Shown one piece after another: positions 21,771 to 34,737 of a stretch of 36,046 nt of DNA. The translations under genes and the position numbers were made by a program. The number at the start of each line of letters is the position of its first letter. Position 1 is the stretch's first letter. Under the pieces are notes generated by a model. That model worked only from the letters and a program-made list of their open reading frames with translations, searched no databases and was not told the DNA's origin. The DNA is taken from positions 8,298,409 to 8,334,454 of the forward strand of contig NC_069000.1 of NCBI RefSeq assembly GCF_001194135.2. The letters run 5' to 3'. Source of the DNA: Octopus bimaculoides (taxonomy: Eukaryota).

Positions 21771-23604
21771 AGCACACAGTTCCATTTGATTCACTAGTTT
21801 AATATAACTCGGAATTTGTGGGGTACTTTTGCTTTTTATTTTTTTTGTAATCTTTTATTTCCGACTGTCCAATTCGATATGACTATTACATCATAATATT
21901 ACGTGCTGTGTTTTTCCTTTCCGACTTTTATATAGTCTTGGGTATTTTAACTTCATTTCATCACTAACGTTCCGTCTATCGATGTCACATTTTCGCTCGT
22001 GTATATTTAGGAATTGAACTTAACCCGTCTTCTTCTATACCAGTGTGTTTGATACATACATTTTATTCTACATTTCTACATTTGTTTCAATGTACTTTTT
22101 TTTCTACACCCATGTTATTTTATAAATTGAATTTTCTCAGTCTTTATTTCGATCAGCTTTTTACTGTTTGTGTACTTAGGCTTCGTTCTTTCTTTCGAAT
22201 CTCCCCATCTATTGCACGCTTTCTAAATACTGTAATTCCTCTCTTTCACTTAGTTACAAGCATTAACTACATGAAACTACATCACATACTCACATATCTC
22301 TTAGTTTAATGTTTTTCTTTTCTTTTCCATCCGTTTCTCTCTTAACTTCTTTAAGCTTCTCTTCCATTTTCTTCCAAAGCCGCAATTCCCTCCACTCCCT
22401 TATAGTAAAAACATTTTTTTTAATTCGTTTTTTTTCTACGTATACTTATTTTCCCTTGAATTATTTTTAAATTTCCACTTTAACACTAATTTTTGTCGCT
22501 TGCAACATTTTATTTCTCCTAAAATGTCGCAATTTTATGCATTTTTAAAAAAAATCGCCCGCGCACTGTCCAGGTCTTAACTTTAATTCGACTCGTCTCA
22601 ATGTCTGTACATTTTCTCTGTTATGGTCAATCAATTCCAACCAACAGATTCCCGCTATTCTGAAAAGTAATCACCTTGTCCAATCGACTTTCAATGTTTA
22701 TTCAATGATTTAGTAATTATGAATGCATATAAATAAGCACTTATCAAAAGTTCCATTGTTGAAAATATTCACAACTGCCTTAATGATCGGTTCCGTGAAA
22801 CTCCGAGTAACACTTTGTAAAGTCGTCTCACCTTCAGTAAAATACTCTGTTTGTGTCTGGTGAGAGAGTGAGAATGAATGATACATAAGTAAGTAAACAG
22901 ACCTAACTTTGATAAAATTTGTTGCTCTAGATAAAGGCTAAGTATTTTGGTCTGAAAGCTGTATTATTTTCTATTAATTCATTGTTCTCAAGTATTGATT
23001 TCTACCTTCGGCCCAAGGTTACAATTTTATGCAGAAAGAATATCGTCCATTGAATTGATACAATACCCCATGGTATTTCTTTTTTCCGTTTTTTGTTATT
23101 GAATCTAAAGAAACGAAAGGTAAAGGCAACTCCACTGAGATTTGAGCTTTTAATGTATTAAGCCCAATCTAATTACTACAACACATTCACCATCCTTATT
23201 CTTTTTACCCAATTCCACTTCAATCTAGTTTGCTTTTATCTCCAACACTATTCTAATAATTTTGGGAAAAAATATTTTCTCAGGTCTTAAAGAATCAATT
23301 GTTTTAATTTTTTTTCCCCGATTCTAAATTGCTTTTCATGATAAATTTTTGCATGTGTTAGGAAAAAATATATGTAAATAAATTGGTTGTTATAAATGTG
23401 CATTGATTTTTACCTTGAAATAAAATTATATTATTTTAAATCAACTAAAATTATTTGCTGCATTCTGATAAAGATAATTATAGCAAATATGTTCACATTG
23501 TTCAAAATAATAGTATTAGTGTATTTTACTTGTAACAAGTCATATTCATGTATATTATATGAAAACTAGATTTCAGAAATGAATTGACAATTTACAATAA
23601 CTCC

Positions 23605-23741
23605 TATCATCTGCCTTTACGTTCTGAGTTCAAATTCCGTCGAGGTCGACTCTGCCTTTCATCCTTTCGGGGGTCGATAAATTAAGTAACAGTTCCGTAC
23701 TGGGGTCGATCTAATCGAGTGGTTCCCCCTCCCCTCAAAAT
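23605..23741 (+). mobile_element. SINE family B fragment running into a gap
   Basis: gttctgagttcaaattccgtcgaggtcgactctgcctttcatcctttcgggggtcgataaattaag. Confidence 0.9.
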
Positions 23742-24161
23742 NNNNNNNNNNNNNNNNNNNNNNNNNNNNNNNNNNNNNNNNNNNNNNNNNNNNNNNNNNN
23801 NNNNNNNNNNNNNNNNNNNNNNNNNNNNNNNNNNNNNNNNNNNNNNNNNNNNNNNNNNNNNNNNNNNNNNNNNNNNNNNNNNNNNNNNNNNNNNNNNNNN
23901 NNNNNNNNNNNNNNNNNNNNNNNNNNNNNNNNNNNNNNNNNNNNNNNNNNNNNNNNNNNNNNNNNNNNNNNNNNNNNNNNNNNNNNNNNNNNNNNNNNNN
24001 NNNNNNNNNNNNNNNNNNNNNNNNNNNNNNNNNNNNNNNNNNNNNNNNNNNNNNNNNNNNNNNNNNNNNNNNNNNNNNNNNNNNNNNNNNNNNNNNNNNN
24101 NNNNNNNNNNNNNNNNNNNNNNNNNNNNNNNNNNNNNNNNNNNNNNNNNNNNNNNNNNNNN

Positions 24162-24386
24162 CCCTCGCTCTCGTTTTCTCTCTCTCTGTCTCTCTCTCTC
24201 TCTGTCTCCCTCGCTCTCGTTTTCTCTCTCTCTGTCTCTCTCTCTCTCTGTGTCTCTGTCACTGTCTCTCTCCCTCTCCCTCCCTCTCTCTCTCAGTCTC
24301 TCTCTCCCTCTCTTTCTCTGTCTATGTCTCTCTGTCTCCCGCTCTCTTTCTTTCTCTGTCTCCCGCTCTCTTTCTTTCTCTGTCTT

Positions 24387-24443
<57 letters not shown>

Positions 24444-27400
24444 NNNNNNNNNNNNNNNNNNNNNNNNNNNNNNNNNNNNNNNNNNNNNNNNNNNNNNNNN
24501 NNNNNNNNNNNNNNNNNNNNNNNNNNNNNNNNNNNNNNNNNNNNNNNNNNNNNNNNNNNNNNNNNNNNNNNNNNNNNNNNNNNNNNNNNNNNNNNNNNNN
24601 NNNNNNNNNNNNNNNNNNNNNNNNNNNNNNNNNNNNNNNNNNNNNNNNNNNNNNNNNNNNNNNNNNNNNNNNNNNNNNNNNNNNNNNNNNNNNNNNNNNN
24701 NNNNNNNNNNNNNNNNNNNNNNNNNNNNNNNNNNNNNNNNNNNNNNNNNNNNNNNNNNNNNNNNNNNNNNNNNNNNNNNNNNNNNNNNNNNNNNNNNNNN
24801 NNNNNNNNNNNNNNNNNNNNNNNNNNNNNNNNNNNNNNNNNNNNNNNNNNNNNNNNNNNNNNNNNGAGAGAGAGAGAGAGGGGAGTGAGAGAAAGAGAGA
24901 GAGAGGGGAGTGAGAGAAAGAGAGAGAGAGGGGAGTGAGAGAGGAGCGAGAAAGAAAGAGGAGCAAGAGAGAGACAATAGTGCGAGAGAGAAGAGCGAGA
25001 GAGGGAGCCGCGAGAGAGAGGAGCGACATATGTTCGTATGTACGTACGTATGTATGGATGTATGTACGTGCCTACGTAAGCAGTTAAGGATGTACAAACG
25101 TACCTACGTACGTATGTATGGATGTACATGCGTATATACGTACGTAGGTATGGAGCAAGAGAGAGGTGCAAGAAAGAGAGGAGCGAGAAAGAGAGAGCGA
25201 AAACCGAGAGAGAGAGAGGAGCTCTCTCTCTCCCTCTCTCTCCTCTCTCCCTCTCGTTCATCTCTCTCGCTCCGCTCTCACTCTCTCTCTCGCTCCGCTC
25301 TCTCTCTCTCTCTCGCTCCGCTCTCTCTCTCTCGCTTTTCTCTCTTGCTTCTCTATCTCTCGCTCTTCTCTCTCTCTCTCTCTCGCTTTCTCTCTCTTTC
25401 TCTGACTCTCTCTCTGTGTCTATCTCTCTCTCTCGCTCTTTCATCTCTCTCTCGCTCTATCTCTGTCTCTGTCTCTCGCACTCTCTCTCGCTCTCTCTCA
25501 CTCTATCTGTCTCCTCTCTCTCTCACTCTCGCTCTACATCTGTCTCTCTCGTACGTATGTATGGATGTACGTACGCACATAGTACGTATATATGGTTTTA
25601 CGTACGTGCCTACGTACGTATGGATGTACATGCGTACCTACGTACGTATGTATGGAACAAGAGAGAGGAGCAAGAGAGAGAGAAAACTAAGAGAGAGAGA
25701 GAAAGAGAAGAGCGAGAGAGTGTGAGAGAGAGAGGAGTGAGCTCTCGCTTCTCTCTCTCTCTCTCTTGCTCCTCTCTCTCACTCGCTACTCTTTCTATCT
25801 CTCGCTCTTCTCTCTCACTCGCTACTCTTTCTATCTCTCGCTCTTCTCTCTCTCTACCTATCTATCCCTGTCTCTCCCTCTCTGTCTCACTCCTTCTCCC
25901 TCTCTGTCTCTCTCGCTTTCTGTCTCTGTCTCTCTCTCTCAATCGCTCTATCTTTGTCTCTCTCTCTCCTACTCTCTCTCTCTGTCTCTCTCTGTCACTC
26001 TCTGTCTGTCTCTCGCTCTCACTCTCTCAGTGCTCTCTCTCTCTCTCTCTCTCCTCTCTCACTCGCTCCTCTCTCTCTCGCTCCGGTCTCTCACTTGCTC
26101 CTCTCTCTCTCGCTCCGGTCTCTCACTTGCTCTTCTCTCTTTCTCTCGCTTGCTTCTCACTCTCTCTCTCGCTACGCTCTCTCTCGCTACGCTCTCTCTC
26201 GCTACGCTCTCTCTCGCTACGCTCTCTCTCGCTACGCTCTNNNNNNNNNNTACGCTCTCTCTCGCTACGCTCTCTCTCGCTACGCTCTCTCTGTCTCTCT
26301 CCCTTTCTTTCTGTCTCTTTCTCTGATTCTCTCTCTCTCCCTATCTTTCACTCACTCTCGCTCTATCTCTGTCTCTCAGTCTCTCTCACTCTCACTCTCT
26401 GCCTCTCTGTCTCTCGCTCTACATATGTCTCTCTCGTACGTATGTAGTACGTATATATGGTTCTACGTACGTGCTTACGTACGTATGGATGTACATGCGT
26501 ACCCACGTACGTATGTATGGAACAAGAGAGAGGAGCAAGAGTGAGAGGTGCAAGCGATAGAGAGGAGCGAGAAAGAGAGAAAACTAAGAGAGAGAGAGAC
26601 GCGAGAGAGAGTGGAGAGAGAGAGAGAAGCGAGAGAGAGAGAGAGGAGTGAGCTCTCGCTCCTCTGTCTCTCACTCCTCTCTACCTTGCTACTCTTTCAA
26701 TCTCTCGCTCTTCTCTCTCTCTCTCTCTACCTATCTGTCTCTCCCTCTCTTTTTCTCTCTCTCGCTCTCGATTACTCTCTCTGACTCTCAGTCGCTGTGT
26801 CTCTGTCACTGTCTCTCTCTTTCACTCTCTCCCTCTCTCTCTCGCTCCCTCTCTGTCTCTCCCACTCTTTCTCTCTCCCACTCTTTCTCTCTCCCACTCT
26901 CTGTCTCCCTCTCTCTTTCTCTTTCTTTTTCCTAACTCTCTCTCTCTCTGGCTCTCTTTGTCACTTTCTATCTGTCTCTCGCTCTCACTCTCTCTCTCTC
27001 TCTCTCTTTCTCTGTCTCTCTCATCCTCTTTCTCTGTCTCTCTCTTCCTCTCTCTCTCTCACTCGCTCTATCTCTGTCTCTATCTCTTTCTCTCTCTCAC
27101 TCGATCTCTATCTTTGTTACTCTGTCTCTCCCTCTCTCTCTCTCGCTCTCACTGTCTCTCGCTCTCTCTCTCGCTCGATATATGTCTCTCTCGTACATAT
27201 GTATGGATGTACGTGCGTACCTACGTGCGTATATATAGATCACGAGAGAGGAGCAAGAGAGAGGGGAGCGAGAAAGGGAGAGGAGCAAGAGAGAGAGGAG
27301 CGAGAAAGGGAGAGCAGCGGGAGAGAAGAGAAAACCAAGAGAGAGAGGAGCGAGAGAGAGAGGACCGAGAAAGAGAGAGGAGCAAGAGAGAGAGGAGCGA

Positions 27401-30400
27401 GAGAGAGAGGACCGAGAAAGAGAGAGGAGCAAGAGANNNNNNNNNNNNNNNNNNNNNNNNNNNNNNNNNNNNNNNNNNNNNNNNNNNNNNNNNNNNNNNN
27501 NNNNNNNNNNNNNNNNNNNNNNNNNNNNNNNNNNNNNNNNNNNNNNNNNNNNNNNNNNNNNNNNNNNNNNNNNNNNNNNNNNNNNNNNNNNNNNNNNNNN
27601 NNNNNNNNNNNNNNNNNNNNNNNNNNNNNNNNNNNNNNNNNNNNNNNNNNNNNNNNNNNNNNNNNNNNNNNNNNNNNNNNNNNNNNNNNNNNNNNNNNNN
27701 NNNNNNNNNNNNNNNNNNNNNNNNNNNNNNNNNNNNNNNNNNNNNNNNNNNNNNNNNNNNNNNNNNNNNNNNNNNNNNNNNNNNNNNNNNNNNNNNNNNN
27801 NNNNNNNNNNNNNNNNNNNNNNNNNNNNNNNNNNNNNNNNNNNNNNNNCGAGAAAGAGAGAGGAGCGAGAAAGAGAGAGGAGCTCTTCTCTCTCTCTTGG
27901 TATTCTCTTCTCTCCCGCTCCTCTCTCTCTCTCGCTCCTCTCTGTCTCGCTCCTCTCTCTTTTTCTCTCCTTTCTCTCTTGCTCCTATCTCTTTCTCGCT
28001 CCTCTCTCTCTTGCTCCTCTCTCTCTATTGGTTCTCTCTTCTCTCTCTATTGGTTCTCTCTTCTCTCCTGCTCCTCTCTCTTTCTCGCTCCTCTCTCTCC
28101 CTTGGTTTTCTCTCTTTCTCGCTCCTCTCTTTCTCGCTCCTCTCTTTCTCTCTCCTCTCTCTTTCTCGCTCCTCTCTTTCTCTCTCCTCTCTTTCTCTCT
28201 CCTCTCTCTTTCTCGCTCCTCTCTCTCTCTCCTCTCTCTTTCTCGCTCCTCTCTCTCTTGCTCCTCTCTCTCTCGCTCCTCTCTCTCTCTTGGTTTTCTT
28301 TTCTCTCCCGCTCCTCTGTCTGTCTCCTCTCTCTTTCTCGCTCCTCTCTCTTGCTCCTCTCTCTTTCTCGCTCCTCTCTCTTTCTCGCTCCTCTCTCNNN
28401 NNNNNNNNNNNNNNNNNNNNNNNNNNNNNNNNNNNNNNNNNNNNNNNNNNNNNNNNNNNNNNNNNNNNNNNNNNNNNNNNNNNNNNNNNNNNNNNNNGAA
28501 AGAGAGAGGAGCGGGAGAGAAGAGAAAACCAAGAGAGAGAGAGGAGCAATAGAGAGAGGAGCGACAGAGAGAGAGGAGCGAGTTGCGAGAAAGAGAGGAG
28601 CGTGAGAGAAGAGAAAACCAAGAGAGAGAGAGGAGCGAGAAAGAGAACATCGTGAAAGAGAGATAGCGAGAGCGAGAGGATCGAGAAAGAGAGAACAGAA
28701 ACCCAAGAGAGAGAGAGGAGCGAGAGAGAGAGAGAGGAGCGAGAGAGGAAGAGAGAGGAGCGGGAGAGAAGAGAAAACCAAGAGAGAGAGAGGAGCGAGA
28801 AAGAGAGAGGAGCGGGAGAGAAGAGAAAACCAAGAGAGAGAGAGAGGAGCGAGAAAGAGAGAGGAGCGAGAGACAGAGGAGCAAGAGAGAGAGGGGAGCG
28901 AGAGAGAGAGAGAGGAGCGAGAAAGAGAGNNNNNNNNNNNNNNNNNNNNNNNNNNNNNNNNNNNNNNNNNNNNNNNNNNNNNNNNNNNNNNNNNNNNNNN
29001 NNNNNNNNNNNNNNNNNNNNNNNNNNNNNNNNNNNNNNNNNNNNNNNNNNNNNNNNNNNNNNNNNNNNNNNNNNNNNNNNNNNNNNNNNNNNNNNNNNNN
29101 NNNNNNNNNNNNNNNNNNNNNNNNNNNNNNNNNNNNNNNNNNNNNNNNNNNNNNNNNNNNNCTTTCGCTTTTCTCTCTCTCTCTCTCTCTCACTCGATCT
29201 CTGTCTCTCCCTCTCGCTCTATCTCTCACTCTCACTCTGTCTATCGCTCTCCCTCTCTCACTCTATCCCTATCCCTTTGTCTTTATCTCTCTCTCACTCT
29301 TTCTCGCTCTATATTTGTCTCTCTCGTACGTATGTAATGATGTACGTACGCACATACGTACGTATATATGGATGTACGTACATGCCTACGTAATTTTATA
29401 TGTACGTTCATGCCTACGAACGTATATATGTATGTACGGACGTGTCTACGTACGCATGTATGGATGTACGTACGTACCTACCTACATATGTATGGATCAC
29501 GAGAGAGGAGCAAGAGAGAGAGAGGAGCGAGAGAGAGAAAGGAGCGAGAAGGAGAGAGCTCTCGCACCTCTATCTCTTGCTCCTTACTCTCTCTCTCGCT
29601 TTTCTCTCTCTTGCTTCTCTTTCTCTCGCTCTGTCTCTCACTCCTCTCAGGAGCGAGAGAGAGAGGGGAGTGAGAGAGAGAGAGAGAGAAGCGATAGAGG
29701 GAGGAGCGAGAAAGAGTGAGGAGCAAGAGAGAGACAGTGAGAAAGAGAGAGGAGCAGCGAGAGTGGAGCGAGAAAGAGTGAGGAGCAAGAGAGAGACAAT
29801 AGTGAGAAAGAGAGAGCCGCGAGAGAGAGAGCAGCGAGAGAGAGGAGCGACATGTTTGTATGTACGTACGTACGTACGTACGTGCCTACGTAAGCATTTA
29901 AGGATGTACAAACGTACCTATGTATGTATGGATCAAGAGAGAGGTGCAAGAGAGAGAGGAGCGAGAAAGAGAGAGGATAACGAGAGAGTAAAAGCCGAGA
30001 GAGAGAGAGGAGCGAGTTCTCGACCTCTCTCTCTCACTCGCTTGCTCATCTCTCTTTCTCTCCCTTTCTTTCTCTGTCTCTCTCTCACTCACTGTCTATC
30101 TCTCTCACTCTATCTGTCTCCTCTCACTCTCGCTCTACATCTGTCTCTCTCGTACGTATGTATGGATGGATGTACGTACGCACGTAGTACGTATATATGG
30201 TTCTACGTCCGTGCCTACGTACGTATGGATGAACGTACGTACCTACTCACACGATCTCTATCACTCCCTCTCGCTCCTTCTTTGTCTCTCTCTCACTCGC
30301 TCTATCCCCCTCTATCTTTGTCTCTCTCACTCTATATCTGTCTCTCTCGTACGTATGTTTGTATGGAAGTGCCTACGTACATCCATACAAACTTACGTAG

Positions 30401-30453
30401 GCACGTACATACATCCATACATACGTACAAGAGACAGATGTAGAGCGAGAGTG
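24162..30453. repeat. Modular complex satellite: TACG-rich spacer + GA-rich arm + GAGCTC + CT-rich arm
   Basis: Spacers lie at ~25029, 25550, 26436, 27190, 29325, 29850, 30150 and 30347. GA-to-CT switches occur at GAGCTC (25219, 25739, 26650, 27880, 29556). Several N gaps fall inside. Confidence 0.9.
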
Positions 30454-30586
30454 GGATTTCCTAACGTCAACCACTCCAAGAGTGTAGTGGGTGCTTTTTA
30501 CAAGCTATAGCAAAAGACACTTGCTTAAGGTGCCAAATATATTATGCACATTTAATAGATCAGTCATCTAATTATGAATGGAGATA

Positions 30587-30745
30587 AATATTGAATTCAA
30601 ATTTTGGCACAAGGCCAGTAATTTCAGGAGGAGGGCAGAATCGATTACATCAGCCCTAGTACTCAACTGGTACCTATTTTACCAACTGCAAAGGGATGAT
30701 AAGTAAAGTCATTTTCAGTGGAATCGGAACACCGAACGTGAAGAC
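30587..30745 (-). mobile_element. Degenerate SINE family B (3' two-thirds)
   Basis: The reverse strand reads ...ttatcatccctttgcagttggtaaaataggtaccagttgagtactagggctgatgtaatcgatt...ggccttgtgccaaaatttgaattcaatatt. Confidence 0.75.
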
Positions 30746-30778
30746 ATGTCTGGAGATAAATATTAATATATTTTATAA

Positions 30779-30998
30779 GGCAGTGAGCTGGCAGAATCAT
30801 TAGCACGCCAGGCAAAATGCTTAGCAGTAGCTTGTTCATCTTACCAGTCTGAGTTCAAATTCCACTTAGGTCGACTTCACTTTTTGTCCATTCGGGGTCG
30901 ATAAAATAAGTACCAGTTGAGCACTGGAGTTAATGTAATCAACTTATCCCCTACCCCGAAAATACTGGCCTTGAGCCTAAGTTTTAAATCAATATTAA
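30779..30998 (+). mobile_element. Full-length SINE family B
   Basis: ggcagtgagctggcagaatcattagcacgccaggcaaaatgcttagc...ctgagttcaaattcc...ttcggggtcgataaaataagtaccagttgagcactgg...ggccttgagcc. Confidence 0.9.
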
Positions 30999-31064
30999 TA
31001 TTTTAAATGTGTAATAGCAGTTAAATAACTTAGTTATAAACACACATTTTAAAAGTGTACTTAC

Positions 31065-34000
31065 CATTCAGTTAACTAATCATGAGTGTAGTCCAATATG
31101 TATCAGGTCTGCCATATTTCTGCTGTTGTCACATCAATTATAGAAATTTCTTTTCAAACAAATATCAACAACACAAACCTCCATTCTTTTTCTTTTTTTT
31201 TTATTCATCCCATATTTATTGTGTATTTACAACATAGCTTATCAGATCTTTTACATATGATATGGAAGATAGGGAGATGGGGGAGAAAATTCTGTCCAAT
31301 AACATTGGAGACATGAGAGGTTTGGCAGCACTGCATCCTGGGAAAAAAAGGCACAGTGAAAAAGGCAGCAAAGTAAATCAGGCTATGCATGAGAAAGAGA
31401 GAAGCAAATAATCAAAGCATATAGAGACAAGAGACAGAGGAACACAGAGACACACACACACATGGAGCCCAGATAGAAACACGTTATTGCATAGTTGGTT
31501 CCTTGCAGGAGACTGAATTTCCAGTCACAAAGAGAAAGTGTTAAATAATGAAGATGCAGTTAGATGTATGGGGTGAGTTTAAGGGGGCAAAAAATAGTTA
31601 AAGACATGTCTGAAATTCACACATATATATATATATATATATATTCATTTTGGTATACACATGAACTTCTTAAACTTTCTGAGTAACTGAAAGTTCACCC
31701 AACGTAATTATGAAAATAAGATTGGCGTGACCTATTTTTTTTTATTGCACTTCATATAGTAAATTAGCTTTTTATATATATATAAAATTCTTTTGATAAT
31801 ATACATACATATACAGTATATATATATAATTTTTGTTTGATAATATATATATATAATGTTTTGATAATATACATATGATTTTTTTATTATATATATATAT
31901 ATATGATTCTTTTTTTGATAATATATCTATAATGAAATTCAGTGATGAGTTTAACTATTTAATTAGCAAAGTTTGAATATAAAATTATATACAGTTTATA
32001 CATCCATTGCCATATTGTTATACAGACCTCATCCAACACTCATAAATTGCTTGATCATACAGAAATCCTTTCTCATAAATATCATCATCTTTACACAACC
32101 TTTCATATACAAAGCTTCAAATCTCTTGCACAACACAGCTTTTCATGCAATCCTCCCATTTATATATAACTCCAAATCGTATTTTCACAAAGCTCCCTCT
32201 ATATGCTCTGAACAATCCTTGCCAAATGGAGCCACTTTTACAAAGACCTGCCTATATACTCTTTCACGTGATTTTTTTATCCCTTTCCACTCTGGGGTAT
32301 CATTATTCTCCACTTAGACTACACAATTACATACCCAAAAATATGGGTCTGGTACATCTGCAGTTGTGTGAGCAGAAAGTATTAATGTTATACAACTGAG
32401 CTGTAATGTGAGGTAACATGGAAGGCAATGGAATTAACGCAATAGCAACTAGTTACGATGACAATATTCAGTTGCATGGAACAACTAAGATGTCAATGGC
32501 CGCCAACTATCTAAGGCCCTCAGTGAGTGAGTCACAACATAGGACCATGGTTTACCTCCAATTTCAGATGCCTTAAACAAAAGGCATACCTCTGAATATG
32601 TCCCTGAGCTAACTAGCTTACAGAAATAGTTTGTAAAATATTATTCAGCTGAGTAAGTAAAGAGCATCTCAGAAGATGCAAGAGCAAAAATGAACTGAGT
32701 AACGCATTTGCACAGCAAAACAAATAAACACTGAGCCTCAATCAAAAATAACATAAAGATACATAGTATTTAAAGCAGGAATAGGAACCCCTACTGGTAT
32801 CTGTGATAGACACGATACATATCTCACATTAGAAGGATATGCCCTGGCTAACCAGGAACTAATTAGCTGATAGTTAGTGCATGCATAATCAAGTTGTAAT
32901 AGAAATTATTGATCACTATTAACATCATCAGATACCAGAACAGTTATCAGCATAATAATACCTTGCTACAGACTATAATAAAGAATATCAAATACTGTGA
33001 CACCGCAGTGTAACAGTCCTCCTTCACCTCCCCATAGATATCATAGACATGCAATTTATTTGTATACTTAAAATAAGAAATTGCAAATCCCACTAACAAA
33101 ATATGTATCTGGAATAAACACAACAGATCTAACATTGTTGTCTGAAGAAGGAACAATAATATTGAATGTTGTAGGGAGCTGTGGTCCAGTAAATATGAAT
33201 ATAAAATCATTACTGGGAACAGGAGGACATTTACAGTGAATAAATTTTTAGTCTAGATTTTCATTTGTACCTCAAGCCATCCATTACCTCACAAAATGTA
33301 GAAAAGTGGCTTCTTTAAGAGAAAAGCATATTGACTCACATCTGAGATATTCTCTCAGATAGTAAAACAATGACATTCTGTCAAACAATTTAAAGATTTT
33401 CCATATTATTTCCACACACACACACACACACTTCAACCCTCTAGTCACTAACACTGTTGCTAAGGAAACATTGCAAAGGATAATGAAGACACACACACAC
33501 ACACACATGTAGTCACCATCTCAAACAATAAGACAGATTATAAACCACCACCACCCCCATTAAAGATTGAAGTTATGACTGTAATAAACTCCATCTTTCG
33601 CCAGAGGGGTGGTGTTTGGAGAATGTGACAAAGTGGTTGGAGTCATCAGTATGAGAGAGATAAAGTGATGCTGATATGGGAACTAATGATGGGTTTCAGA
33701 CTTATGTTCTCAGCAGAAAATGAAAATGAACAACACTTCACTTTCAAAACAACAGTCAAAATAACTCAAGAATGTTAAAAAAACAAGATGGCAGTTTCAG
33801 TTTTACAGCTTAAAAAAAAAAAAAAAAAATGTTCATTTTATAATTACAATATATTCTAACAATTGTATGTGTGTGTGTTAAATGAGAAACTACTACAAAA
33901 TTAAATCTATCATTCCTGGTCAATGCCTGACACACTGATTCCAATCTCTCAACTTTTGCCACTCTCATCCTTATATTCTAAATATCCAACTTGTCACTTT

Positions 34001-34737
34001 TATTTATCATTTTATATATACAGATATATAATACTTATGGGATAATCTGTATCTGCAACATTACACTGAAGGGTAATGTTGCAGTCTCAAGGGTAATGCT
34101 GTAGTCTCTAGAAATAGAAACCAATTTCTTTCCTCAATTCACAGTCTCCCATCCTAAATCAGAGGAAGACTATATTTAATATATTTAATTAGGGCAATCT
34201 TGGATACACTAAGTCAGAGGCAGGATGGTCATGCAATTGGAATATTTTTGCTTATAGTTCTACTTGATCCACATTGACTAGGACTTAAACAACAACATCA
34301 TCAAAGTAGAAACACACTTCTTATTCTTCCCTTTTAGTTCAAAAATAGCTAATTTAAATATAACAATTATTGAATTAATCATCTATTTATCTATCAATCC
34401 ATGTATGTATGTATCTATCTATCTATTTGTACACACACACAGAGTGAGAGTGTTTAAAACATATAAACCACTAATAAACAGAAAAAAAAATGTTAAGAGA
34501 ATGAGTCTGAAATTGAACCTGCATCTTCTTAATGTCAAAGTATACAACCTTACAATTTTCAGAATTTTTACATAACTTTTTCATTTAGTGTATGGAGTTT
34601 GAGTGTATGTATAAGTATATATTAAATACATATATTTTGTGAAATAAAAACAGAGTATATACATTTATCTCAAAAAACAAAATATTGGAGAGAGAGAGAC
34701 CTTGAGTAGAGCAGTGACAGGATGTTGTGGGAGGATT
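31065..34737 (-). other. Probable Piezo 3' UTR / downstream region (true end unknown)
   Basis: Lies directly after the stop codon. It is AT-rich with no recognisable SINE or long ORF. Minus-strand AATAAA hexamers occur at e.g. 33998-34003 and 33055-33060. The extent is a guess. Confidence 0.4.

Noticed and set aside
25029-30425. Recurring conserved TACG blocks separated by variable sequence, superficially CRISPR-like
   Set aside because: The blocks are ~50-170 bp and variable, the intervening sequence is low-complexity and hundreds of bp long, there are no cas genes, and the context is eukaryotic.
23682-30510. Long ORFs (up to 602 aa) rich in RE/LS, superficially like SR or arginine-glutamate proteins
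   Set aside because: GA/CT dinucleotide repeats lack stops in most frames. The ORFs occur on both strands and span N gaps.
32419-32577. 52-codon ORF MEGNGINAIATSYDDNIQLHG... with a faint RT YADD-like motif
   Set aside because: It is too short, has no other RT motifs, and lies antisense in the probable Piezo 3' UTR.
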